Below are positions 13,901-26,279 of a DNA stretch of 64,000 nucleotides, piece by piece (position 1 is the first letter of the stretch; each line of letters opens with the position of its first letter). Made by a program: the position numbers and the translations under genes. The stretch comes from Haplodiscus bocki (Eukaryota). The notes beneath the pieces are model-generated. The model saw only the letters and a list, made by a program, of their open reading frames with translations. It did no database searches and was not told the DNA's origin. The stretch spans positions 11,904,001 to 11,968,000 of the forward strand of contig OZ296658.1 of NCBI GenBank assembly GCA_965655095.1, written 5' to 3'.

Positions 13901-14745
13901 GAAAATATGAGCGGCCGCCATATTATTCCAGCAAACCAAAAGCTAATGGGTAATGAAGATTTGAGAATTCACATTGCGGAGGTCGAGCGTTGTCAAAAAC
14001 ACACTTAGACAAAATCTGTCCCTCCAGTCCTTTTCCCGGAAAATCTCTGAGAAAATGAAACACTGCAACTCAAACCCGGAGATCGTCAACGCGGGAGCAC
14101 CAAGAACAACAACGACACCCTCACCTTCGATGTCTGCTTATTCCCCGCATCTTCATCAGTTTCGCCATGGTCTCCAACAACAAGGTTTTCCAGAACTACA
14201 CCCGGATTCCCGGACTCTCCTCGCCCATAACGACAAGAATTTTTCTTCAGGGGCACATGGAGGTTGATAGAAATAGCAAAATGAGTTCTGGCAGAACCTA
14301 CAAGTGACACAGCATCTGCTTGAGAAGAAGTGATCTCCTCATGCAGGATCACACTTCTCTCAGACATTCCATGGAATAGCAGCACTTGACTATCAATTGA
14401 TGGATTTACATGCCTAAATCATTAAATACTTACTCATTATAATTTTGATCAATTTGTCTGCCAGCAATGACATCAGCTTGATATTTCAAGGAAACGTTGA
14501 GGAACGAAACTGAACGTTTCTTCATTCCAAAACTTTGCTTTCCTTGACTTGTGTACACAGTAACACCCTCAAATTCTACTCACTAATACTTAACTTCATC
14601 AATTTTACCATTTACTACGGAAACTACGAAGAAATTCCCAGCTGAAGAGAAAACTACGGAGAAATTACGTGTGAAGACTGGCCCGCGACAAACATCCTAC
14701 GCTGCCTCCCATAATATCGACCACTGTTTCCTGTTTGACCCAAAT

Positions 14746-16475
14746 GAAGTTGAGGCACAGTTAGAAAACCAGCTAGGGGCAACGGCGTGGGGACCCACTG
14801 CTGCACAATCAAATTTAACCGGAGTGCTACAAGCGAACACTAATGAGCAACTTCACATGTTGGCAGAGAGGAAAATTCAAGGCAAGAGAATACTCAGCGA
14901 GCAGTCAGTTCTTCCGAGAGAGTTGAGATCAATGGCTGACATTGACACTGCATGTAAAATTGTTGTTCGGAACATGAATGCCAAAAAAGAGTTTGTGAGT
15001 TCGTCGAAAATTGAATTGGCTCTCCTTCAATATTATGGAAAGAGACAACTTAGAGATTTTGGAATTGGCAATGTACGAGCTGCTCATCAAATTGAGACAT
15101 TGAAGAATCTTAACATGAGAGAAAGGAAAGTAGTTCTCTACTTTGAAATTTTCATTAAAGTGCAAAGCGTTTGTACGATACACGAAGTTGAACACCTTCT
15201 GATCAAACTTCAAGTGCCTGACAATGACACTTCTGGGAATATAAATAACAACAACAGTTCGTCTTTTGAAGACTTGTATCAACTTGGACCCCTGTACAGA
15301 CACCTTGTAATATATGACCACTTCAAGTTCCACACGGACGGGTCTGGGCAACCGCGGGAAATCAGTTCATATCATGTGGCTGATATCTTCCGCGAATAAT
15401 TGACCAAGAAGAATCTCTGGCAGAGTCGGGAATTGCAAACTGCTGACATTCTCACATTCTTAGCAGAGACCTTAGACGTTGAAAACCCGTGGAATCTTGG
15501 AGTTAAAATTGTGTCTCTTCCTTTGCTCAAAAGTACCATTTGCAGGGCGCAAGCTGATAGCAAGAAGGAACAAGACAAGTTGATTTTCCAAATTGTAAAT
15601 TCTTTGGTCGAAGATATGCGCGAGGAATCAGACTACCTACGTCAACAAATCGGTAAAACAGTGGGCATTGGCTCGAGCGGAAACCAAAAACATATTAACT
15701 ACATCAAAAGCATGTCAACAACGGAGCTTTTGAAGCACTGCTACAAAGCGTGTCAACCCTTGCTGCAACATGTTGACACCCATACTGCGAATGACTCTAA
15801 ACTGAACGAAAGGAAAAAGGAGAATAATTTCTCGGAAGTTTGTCGCGGTTTCAAATTTCTTTGAAACCTGTCAGAAGCAGCCAGTTGCTCGAGCGATATT
15901 TGAATTGTGCATTCTTAGTAGCTGCAAAATTGGCAACCCAGCGCTTATAAAAGAAGCCATTGGTTTTGTGCTGGACAACCAAAAGTTATGGGAAGATATC
16001 GTACAATTCTGTCCGACTGAGTGTTTACCCCGGAATATGAGCAGTGCTGCAAGCGGGAAACCAGAGGTGTTTGATTTGACGTCGGATTCGTCATTAGAAG
16101 GCGAGTCTGGATTGCCATACAAACAATTGGGGGAAGACAGGGAAAGAAATTTCTTATCTGAGATAGAAGAAAAAGTCGATGAATTGTTGAAACAAGCATT
16201 GCACAGCAGCTCTAATTTTTCCCTCCAAATTTCTATGAATGAACTGGAAGCCATGGAACAGAGCTCATACAAATTTGATTCAGAGAATCTTTTATGGAAC
16301 AGGCATATGATGTCTTTTCTTGGGTTGATCGTATCGAGACCTCTGCTTTTGAGTCAATTCACTTCTGTAATTGGTGGAAGAATATCCAATGACAACGCGG
16401 ATGGAAATTTCCTGAAGTATTCTTCAAGTGCTGAATATGTTAGAAGAGTTTCCCAGTCTGACCATGGGAATGTCC
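14746..16475 (+). pseudogene. Captured intronless fragment of a NO VEIN-like protein (N-terminal region)
   Basis: ERKVVLYFEIFIKVQSVCTIHEVEHLL...FEDLYQLGPLYRHLVIYDHF...FRE*LTKKNLW...FLAETLDVENPWNLGVKIVSL resembles the NO VEIN N-terminal motifs as I recall them (EGKINAFIHCF...LYDLE...FEELGLGPLLRHPLV...LGVRIQNL). One in-frame TAA at 15397-15399 and one frameshift at ~15860. Boundaries are approximate. Confidence 0.72.
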
Positions 16476-16481
16476 TTTCAC

Positions 16482-16493
16482 AAAGAGTGGGAG
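16482..16493 (+). promoter_or_regulatory. Polypurine tract
   Basis: AAAGAGTGGGAG directly abuts the TG start of the 3' LTR. Confidence 0.8.
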
Positions 16494-18039
16494 TGTCGCA
16501 GTATATCCGCGAAGCCTACGAGCATACAGAAAGAAAAGGACATCCCCAAAATGTCTGAAAATTAAAAGAAACTGTATCAATACTTTAGACGTTTCCATTT
16601 CCATTCTTATAATAATATTGCAGTAATATATCATTGCTTTTACATGTAGTTGATACGTATCAAATACGTATCACTCCCCAGTATATTTTCATACAAATTC
16701 TACGTATTTTATACGTAGAACTCCCGTGTACTGAACCAGACTGCGACGGAACTTTTACGTAACGAACACGTACCAACCTAGCAGCTACTCTAAGCTAGGA
16801 ATGAATATTTTGTTACGTGCGCGTTACGTCGCTACCGATCTGGTGACGTCACGAAATTTTCAACCAATACGATTTGCTTTTATGATGTGTCAATTTGGAC
16901 GAACACGGAACTCTACGTGGCCACCAGATTCATTCTCCTCAGTGGCGCTGCGGAGAGCAGTGCTACAAGCGGCCACGTAGCCGTTCCGGAAAACTTTCTC
17001 CAAAATGACGAACCATCCGTTAATAACGTGGAACGGGCTAGGAAAAAGCCTAGTTTCGTTCCGAAAATGGATTAAATCGATGCAATAGTATTACCAAGCA
17101 TGTAATTATGATTTTCTTTGATTATTTTAGTGTATTTTATTTAACTTTGGTGCATTTTTCAAAACTTTCCTCTTATGGAAAATCTTTTTGATCATTTGTT
17201 TATGTTATTATTTAATGTGTCGGCGCTGGAATAAGCACTTTGATATCCATTTCTGACTGATCAGACCCGTATATTTTCCGGGGAAAGACGGAAAAGACGC
17301 CGTCTGTAAACGAAGAAATGGAGGGAAAGTTGTTTATTTCCCGCCAGAATCGGCATATTTCCTTTGTAAGTATTATGATTAAAGTACTTTTCCCTACTTT
17401 GTACCTTTACTTGGTGTTTTAAACAAATATGTTTCCCGCCAAGGAGAAGGTATAAATAGGAGAAACGAAAGTACTAAGGGGAGATCCATAATGTCACTTT
17501 CATTATCAGTTGACTGTACAGATTGCGACTAGTTGTTTATTTTAAAGAATAACATTTTTGTTATAATCTCAAGTTGATTAACAAATACAAAATAATTCAG
17601 TTTTCATAACTGCGTAGCATTTTCCCTTCAAAAAGATGGCAACTTTGAGAAACAAAACGAAAGTTGGCAGCCGTTACAAGAGAAACACAAGAGGAAAATC
17701 CTAGGAACGGCCAGTCACGAAACACGTCCGTTCCTAGAATTAATGAGGAATATATCGCACAAGTTTCTGAGGAAATTGAAGGCAGAGTCAGTAAAAAACT
17801 GTCCCAGGAGTTCAGCAGGACAGAGTCCCGCATTTTGGGTGCTCTGACTAAATTAGACAATTTTCTCTCGAACCAACAGATACGGACGCATTCCGAAACC
17901 GTTCCGGGAACATTCCGGAACACAAACGTGGAAAACCAGGGAACGAATGAGGACGACTCCCAGAGTGATCCTCATCCTGAAGCAGGCATCTTTGGCGACC
18001 AGACTACACAAAACTCTGGCCCAAAAGATTGTCGTGACA
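16494..18039 (+). repeat. 3' LTR (1546 bp), including a copy of the gag 5' end
   Basis: TGTCGCA...CGTGACA followed by the TSD. ORF 17664-18056 repeats the gag N-terminus and runs out into the flank. Confidence 0.92.
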
Positions 18040-20275
18040 GTTTCCTTTTGGAGTAACTATTTTCCTGGTATGACCAGTTGCCATTGTTTTGTAGATTCAC
18101 GGTCAAGCTTCTCTAATTCTTTTAAAAGTCGGTTATTGAACTCTTGCAAGCTTCATTGCGTTACTTGTGGAATTGGTAGAAAGACTAAAAAAATGCATCT
18201 TTTCTGTTGCTTGCGCCCGTCTGTAGGTTTTGATAAAAGACTCGGCACGTGCTGCTAATATTTTTTTGCTTTTTCGTGAAAATCAGAAAATTTTCAGAGT
18301 CAGTTGTTTGGCCTTTTTCCAGCTCATTTAAGAGCTTAAGTTCAGTGTCGTAGCCTTGGACAAGGTTCCACTAGGTTTTCGTTGGGGACAACAGTGTTTC
18401 ACAGAGTTGATCCCGATTTGATATCGTGAGATTGAATGCCCCGTCAATTTTTGGTTCTGCTTTGGTGAATGCACTTTTGTGCCCACCACGATTAAGAAAT
18501 GAACTTTCTATGTCTTGTGTGGCATTAGTGTTGACAACAGTCCTTGATTTTCAATGTTCCCTTTGATTGGATGTTCTGCCTTTTTTTCCTAAAGACAATA
18601 AAGACAAAATTGTGGAAAAATAGAAAGTGAAGTAAACACAAACTTTTTAACTTGACAACAAGCGAGTGGAGAAACACCGAAGAAGTCAGTGAGAAACAGA
18701 GAACCAACCTTCGAGATTGAAGAGGGAACAGGGAAATATGAAAGCTCAAAAAAGAGAAAAATTCTCATTTGAGGACAATCAGTCAGAAAGGCAACGAAGA
18801 AGCCACTAAGTGAGAAAAAGACAAACCTTTGGCGTTAGGAACGTACGCTAATAATTTTCTGGATCCATGTTCAGTTTTTTTGGGACAAGTTTTTCCTGGA
18901 CTTCGAACTTTTCTTCGAAAGTAATCTCGCGATGTCTTTTCCGTGATCCGAACCGGTTTGCTGGAGATGTAGATTGATTCACTCGGAACGATGCACTTTC
19001 TAGAATTTCTCGCTGATTTCCCTGATTTTTCTTTCTGCTCAAGACCAGATGTTTTCTGTCAAAAGGCGTCAACGAACTTCCACTGACTACAATCTTCTAA
19101 ATGTTAAAAGTTCCACTGCACTGCAGTTACAAGATTCTAAGGATTTGTTTCCGAAACCGTTTCAATGTCATGGTTACTGTTTCGAGTGAGGAAATGCAGT
19201 TGCTTTAACTTTTAAAGCAGTTAAGGAGTTGTTTAAGAGATCGTGCCACATGAATCATGATTGTTTCTTTTTCATTTTCTGAGGTTTGTCTTCAGCAAAA
19301 CGTCAAGGTTTTAGAAGTGTTAATGGCAGGAGGATGAGAACAAAGTTCTGAGACAGCAAAGACTTGTCTTTGGAAATGTCTTCTGAAGGAGCATGGAGCT
19401 ACTTCAAAAGGCTGTTTGAAGTCGCTTTCTCAAATTTTGTTGATCATACAAAGACTTCTGATTTTTGTGGCAGACGCAAAACTACAAGCAACCACGTGTT
19501 ACATCAGAAAGTAGTAACGAAAAAAAGTTTTTCAGTCAACAGATGGGCAATCAAGTTCAAAAAAGCTGCGCTTTCAAGTTTTTCGGGTCCCCGACGGACA
19601 AAAATTGCCGTAGCAGTTGAATATAGTTCCTCACTATGTTACGGCTGACGACGTAGACATTTCATGGCATAAATTACAGAAGAACGAAGTGTATGTTACA
19701 TTGTTAATTAGAAGTATTTAGATCAAGCAAATTGAAATTTAGCGGCAGTCTTCGACAACTGAAAAGCTTCAAACTACGGCAAAGAAAAAAGACCAAAGAC
19801 GGACGTATTGCAATTATATTGGTCAAACTGACGTGTCAGAAGAATGCCGGAACAGCTCGAACTTTGAATGATTATATTGCAGCACGAAATACAAAATTCA
19901 GAACAGTTACTTGTCGGCTCGAAATTTCCTATTCTTTCTGCACTTGTTGAAATGGTAATATTTGCAAATATTTTACACATTATAGAATTTGAAAGATTTA
20001 ACTAATGAAATTTCCTATTTCCAGGAAACATGACAGTCAAGCCGCACTAACAGTTATGTCTATGGAGACGATTGTGAAGCAATTCATAAATATTAACTAA
20101 TCCTGAACGAGACAGTAAAAATTGAAAATTGGCTCAATACAAATACAAGGCGGCTTCCTAACTCCGAGGAATTGTATGCCACTCAAATTATCTTGAAAAA
20201 ACGTTGAAAAAACTAAGCTTTTTTCGTTTTAAAACTTTTTTTCCAAAATTCTACCGGAGTTTTTTTCGAATAAAC

Positions 20276-23200
20276 TTAACTTTCCTCATGAAAAACTATC
20301 GTGCATCGTGCAATTGGCAATTTATATGCTGAAAAACTTGAATAAATGATTGTTCCCACTATACATTGAAGATACGTCCTGAAAATGAAATTGGAACTCA
20401 ATAACAAAACATCCTCCTTTTTCAACTGCAAAGATGACATGAAAGCCCTACTACCCACAAATTGACCCGACACTTTTGAAACCAACAGAACGATGGCATG
20501 TAACAGAATAGTTGAAATAACGAGTTCGGCAGCCATTGGAAGTTTGTGTTGGAGGTTACTTGGAGTTGTCAACGGGTTTTGTTCCGAGTTTAGCATCCCG
20601 ACAAAAAAGGAATTTTCCATATCCTAGCACAGTAGGATCACATGGAAAGATTGCTCCAGGACGTTAGTAACAAGGCAGCCATAAAAGTAGACGTCGCAGA
20701 GCACCTCTATGCCCGAAAGGGTGACTGGTTACGCAGACTTTAAAGAAGGCTATCAATCGAGTGTCATTAGGGTACTGATACCCACAATAGCAGTTACTGG
20801 TCGGTCAGAGATCAGTTTCATCCATGTATAAGCAATATTAGTTCATTACCAATAGTTTTCAGGGCAATGAAAAATTGCTGATTTCTGTTATAGTCCTCTG
20901 TCGGGGAACTTCATTTTCTGCTGAATAGTCAAGCACCTACTCGAGCTGTCTCCACGCCTTGCAGCAGTAACTCAAGTAAGCTTTCTCTCGACGTCGTAAT
21001 TGAGGTGCTCGCAAAAAACTGTCGCACCAAGATGTCTCAATGGGTAGTGTTGAAGCAAATTTTGGTGATAGAAGTGATCAGCATATCCTCGTGGTTGGTC
21101 AAGATAGATAGTTGTCGTCATTCTGTTTTCGTGGTACCGTGTGCAGATCTACCAACGTCGTGTCTATTTTTTCCTTCGCATCCCTTTTGAAGTCCAGACA
21201 CTGGTCGATTGTTTAAAGAAGAGTGTTGGGTGCCTATAACTACAACTTCGAGCATATGTGTAGAAGCAAGGTTTAGTGATTTAGGCAAATTGAAAAACGC
21301 CTACATTGGTTGCACGTTCGCTTGACGGTGGTCCACATAGTGTTTGCTATTGTATTCTTCAACTTGAACAGAAAGAGCGAGCTTCATAAGCCCACGATCC
21401 CAACCGGTGTCAGCATCGGCGTGCAAAGCGCTATTTCGATCCTGATTGTATACACCGTTTTAGGGTACACAGCGTCTTTAGTTGCTCAAGCCAATGTTAT
21501 AAGAATGGCAATTTCAATAGTAGAACATGGGTTAAACTGGGAACCGCGAAGGAAATTGGAATTCCATCCTGCCCCTAGTTGTTACGGATATGGGTTGTAC
21601 TCGTTTCCACAGGAGTTCCGGTATTCAGCTTGTCAGGCAGCATTTTGAAAGAAATGACTTTCTATTCCTTCCAGAAACGTCTTCTCGGAGCGAGCTTTGT
21701 CTCATGACCACATTCCACGCCAGGACTACCATTTGGAGTGTAAGCGACGTTGTTTATGTAGTTGTTCACATGTCGCCCATTGAGGAAGTCCTGTTTGATA
21801 TTGAAGGACTCATTCCTATTGATTCAACTTGTCGACAGAAGGATGTGGTTGCTGTTCTTATGAGCAGAGTGTCAACAGCCGCTATTTTTCCGGTTGATAA
21901 CGGCTTCTGTGGCTAATTTTGGCCGCCGTTAACACCCTTATATCGGAAAAATTTCGGCCATTATTTCGACCCGGGCGACAAGACCTGTGTTTTGTTCGCA
22001 CTCCGTCAATGAGAAACAGTTGAAAAACATTGAAATGGTACTTGTTTTTTTTCGGGTACAAGTTTGGAGTTTGATTCGGAGTCAGCAATTCGGTGACAAC
22101 TAGAAAGGTCAATACCATGATATGTTCCTATTGGCTGGTATTCAGGACGCAGCAGACTTGTATGCTGATCTGGTATGAATGTCAACGCAGAAAAAAGGAG
22201 TGAGCATTAGTGGGGTGAGGGGTGTTTCTGAACGACAGAAACCAATCGGCATGCGCTCGAGTGGTCACACTGACAAGAAGCTGAAGTTGCCTTTTCTTTT
22301 GAGCAGGTCTTGGTCGAGTCAGTTTTTCCGTAAGTTCTCGCCTCCCAAACATCTTCATCTAACTTGAATCCGGTCATAAGGAAGAAGGCGTCCCATTTAT
22401 AACCCTCGATAGCTAGCGGTAGGATGTCACATTCTGATTGAGTGATCTTTGTGATTGTCTGTGTAAGAAATGGACGTCCTGAGGTAGCAGAAACTAAGAA
22501 GGTAGTTCGGTTGGTAGGCTCACTATCATTTGCGTATCAAAATGACCAGTTTTGACAATAATGCCACAGGGTATTGTAAGAGTACGCCTAAACTTCCAAT
22601 GCGAAGCAGTGATCAAATTTGAAGTTGGTTCAGTGGAAACCCAAACTCTGGCCTTCTCTTCACTGAAGTATCGAGGAAGTGCATTTCAATGTTGTTTTGT
22701 CTGCGTACGACATGTTCATTCCTTACTTCTTTAAGACTTCATATTAGAGAAGTAGAGAAGGTTGGAAATAGATAGGTCGTGATTTCGCCCCCTAGAAACC
22801 TGGTTGATTAAATTTCGTTTTTGGTAAGGTTTTTAGTGAACTTCTCTTGCGGTCGTGTGGGTCCATGAACTTTGCTGAGCTTGCCGCTTGTCACATTATC
22901 TACTGGTAGATTTGCGTGTCTGGGGCACCTGAATTCAATCAACGGGGGCACAAAGGTAGCCAGTGGGAGTTTCCTTTGTGATGAGTAGATACTGATCCAA
23001 GTCCGCAAGAGAGGTGGAGGGCTTTATTCACGTTTCCGAACAAGGTACGGCATCGCCCACAACAGTGCTGGCAACTGCCATCAGTTGTACGGCAGGGAAA
23101 TTGGCAACGTGTTCATTGGAGCCAGTGTTGGCCGATCCTGCTGCAGAATTTGGCGGACAAGGATCGTCTGGGTAAGTTCTGTTCGAAAGGTGAACAAGTT

Positions 23201-23550
23201 CCACAGTATTTGCTTCGTAGCTGACTTGTTTTCATAAAGCATTGTTGGAAAACAGGAAAACATCAAGTAATGAAACCTCGGACGAACAATGCTTTTCCAC
23301 AAATTCATCCCATCAACATAAAGCGCTTCCTTCAGGGATGCTCTTTTAGTTCAGTGAAGTACTGACAAAATGGTTGGGCAGTTAGCTGTTGGGACACCCA
23401 CTTGAATTCATCCGAATGTCGGTTTGGCATGGGAAATATTTTTGTTTTTACGACGGGTAGGAATAAAATTCAGGTACTTTGATTTTCCTGTCGACTCCCG
23501 GAAATGGCCATCACCTATAATGCACGTTTCTTTCATTGTAGTGTTAAGGC
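20276..23550 (-). pseudogene. Decayed long ORF, possibly an env-like type I membrane glycoprotein
   Basis: Long stop-interrupted coding-like stretches with scattered Cys and N-X-S/T sites (NRT, NES, NGS), ending in the hydrophobic segment LQHKLPMAAELVISTILLHAIVLLVSK. No family recognised. Confidence 0.3.
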
Positions 23551-26279
23551 CAAAAAAGCACATCACGATCACTAGTCGGGTATCGCCGATGTCAGCATGA
23601 TCAAACAGCCAAATGAAATACTTCAGTCAGCATTACTTGGAACTTTTCTTGGTGAAGCGAGTTTTATAAATTCTTTGCGCCTTCACAATGACAATTCTTA
23701 TTGTTAAGTGTTTTCCGAAAACCTCTCGAAAAGCTATCGAAAGGTTGTTCTGGTGTTGCCTGATTCAAACTGTGCCGTTGATGATGGAGAATAGTACAAT
23801 TCAGTTCCTTTGTTCATTGGCCAGAAACAAGGAAACTGTCGGGTATGAGCGTGCAATGAAAGCATCAAAACTAACCGGGAAGGATTTTTCGAAATCTCGG
23901 ATGAAGTCACTGACTTAGAAGTCCATGAATGTAGCTAACTGACTAAATGGTTTTTGTCCTTTGTGAACGAGCCCTCTTTGGTTATCATCGAGACTAGAAC
24001 TAGAAAAGGAGAGAAAGCATGATCTTTTTGATGATCCATTTGTTGAGATCCGTTTTTAGTCAGAGCTTTTACTGAAGGTAAAAAAGCTCACTCTTTTAGT
24101 CACTTTGTTTTTTTAAGACTACAACGAATTGTCTACTTTTCCCCAATTTTTGCCCTGGCACATTATTTTATAGCAGCCAACAACAGTCTATAGCAAGCAT
24201 AGGCAACTACTCAAAAACCCTTCTACCATTTTTCCGGTAATTTGAGATCAACATTTTCGTCGAAAAATTTTGATACCCTTATGCAAAAAATTTTTCTGTA
24301 CCAGAATTTTTCATAAAGACCAAAAAAGCCAGCCTGGCGATTTTTTTTCGTTACTGTAAGACAAAATGATTTTGACATCTTTCTCGTAATACCTACCCCC
24401 TTTATGGTTTATCGAAAATTTGGCGACCGACAGATGGGCAGCGCCGACATTGAGTTTGTTATGGCTACGATAGACTTTCCCTGGAAGTTGAGCTGACGCT
24501 CAGCTATTTTCAGTCGCTTCTGATTGACGTACAATGGCATTTCTTTCGCAATTACGAAGAGGTAATACACTTCTATCCATTTGGAGTCAAAGATACAAGT
24601 TGGTCCTTATTCGAGAGTTTCCCTTCCTATCTTCCTATCTTCCTATCGGAAGTCTGCTCTACAATTACGGCTGATCAGCGGGAACTCTAAGACAATAGCG
24701 GCGTTATCAGTGGAATTGGCGACGATTCCCAAAAATATGGGCTGCTCCACTAAAAGTTTGGTAGCTTACCATAAAAAAACTTTACAAACGCCAAATATTG
24801 GTGACTTGGTAGTGAAAAAGTTTTAATAGGTTATGTTTACAGAACTATGATCTTTTGCCTTGTACAATTAAATTTGAATTTTAATCATTAAAACATATAT
24901 GCGGATACAATTGACAGAAAAAAAGAAAGTAATGAATTCAAAAAGTAAACGTAATTGTGGCAAATTTTGTGCAGTTTTGAGTTTTCCATGCCAAAGTATT
25001 CGAGGAAGGAATTAACCAGTGACTCTCAAAATTTTTGATGACATCTCAATTTTCAACTTGATATATTTGGTATATCTGGCCAAAATTAACTTGATGGGTC
25101 AATTCGTACAGACGATAGCTCGGGACCATATTATACCAATACCCTGAAACGTCCGGAGATGCAGCTTGCTTTAGACTACTTTTGTCAGCTGCCAAGTGCT
25201 CCAAATATTTTCATGATCACAAGTTACCTCCATGCTATATTTTAGCATATTGAAAAATGAGGCACATCCTTAAACCTTTTGGGTCTTGAGAACTTTTCTA
25301 TGACCTTTCACATATCAAAGCCAAATTACTGTCTTTGGAATTGTTTGGTCGAAAGTTTCGGTGCAGACTCTTCTCTTTATATTTTATGAAACTCTAGACG
25401 AGCTTATGAATCATTTCGGTCACGAGGAATAATAATGTTGCAATTGTGTCAAAATGAAGCACACAGTTGACCAAATTGAACGACAACATAATCAAACAAA
25501 AACTACCAAAGGACAATTAATTAATTCCCTCAATGAAAATAGCTTCAAGTTAGTGCCCATTGGGCCCACTAGTTGTTTAATCGGAAGCTTATATGTCAAT
25601 GTTTTTTCAAAAAAACGAACAAGCATACGGAGTGTTATTTTTTATATGCTCGCAATGCAAATGAGCAATCAAAAATGGATATCCCCGGTTGAACCGAAAC
25701 GAATCTGTGTCAAAACAGACTCGCGGGCTCTAAAAACAAGTTGCGAAAAGAGCTGAAACTGATTTAGTACGATTTTGTCTCAAAACTTATGGGTTGGTCA
25801 AACGTGATGTTACGTACTATTCCGTTTTTCCTTGCCAAATTGCAAACGCTTCAGATCTAACTGTGGTGTAGATATAAGTCAAAAGAATAATGTAGGTAGG
25901 TTAGTCTTAGTCTATGCCATTTTCTGTCGGCACCGTTAGTACAAAAAAGGCCCAACTACAAACTGCTCAAAGCGTCCAGGCCCCCAAAATTTTCAGGGTA
26001 CTCGTTCATTTCAGAAAAAGGATTACTGGCAAAGAATAAGAAAACAGCGTATTGAGGAACTAAAAAATTGTTGGAGATTATTTTACGATAACCCCGATGC
26101 GTGTACTAAAAAGAGTACTTCAAACACTCATGCCAGGATTGCTTGAACTAACAACTTTCTCAGAGAGAGATTATCTTAGCTAGAAAATGAAATCAAAATC
26201 ATCCAGGGTTGAGGCTGATACGCCGAATATCATTCCATGAACTTAACAGCGAGCAACTAAATTCAAATGTACATCAACC

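Larger units (their letters stand above)
9704..18039 (+). mobile_element. Non-autonomous LTR retrotransposon (Gypsy-like gag, pol deleted, captured host gene fragment)
   Basis: Starts TGTCGCA and ends CGTGACA. Perfect 5-bp TSD GTTTC at 9699-9703 and 18040-18044. Two LTRs, PBS at 10775, PPT at 16482-16493, and a gag with a CCHC knuckle. Confidence 0.93.
8100..19050 (-). mobile_element. Decayed retroelement (gag/protease-like, possibly BEL/Pao) interrupted by the 9704-18039 insertion
   Basis: Minus-strand coding-like text continues across the GTTTC TSD (...KQWQLVIPGK*LLQKETL...). Zinc-knuckle-like remnants lie near 8930-9080. Weak evidence. Confidence 0.25.

Noticed and set aside
12930-14390. 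Antisense accessory ORF inside the LTR element
   Set aside because: Fragmented by many stops, and no motif recognised.
9757-18039. Simple segmental duplication or misassembly of ~1 kb
   Set aside because: The TG...CA ends, PBS, PPT and exact TSD explain it as an LTR pair.
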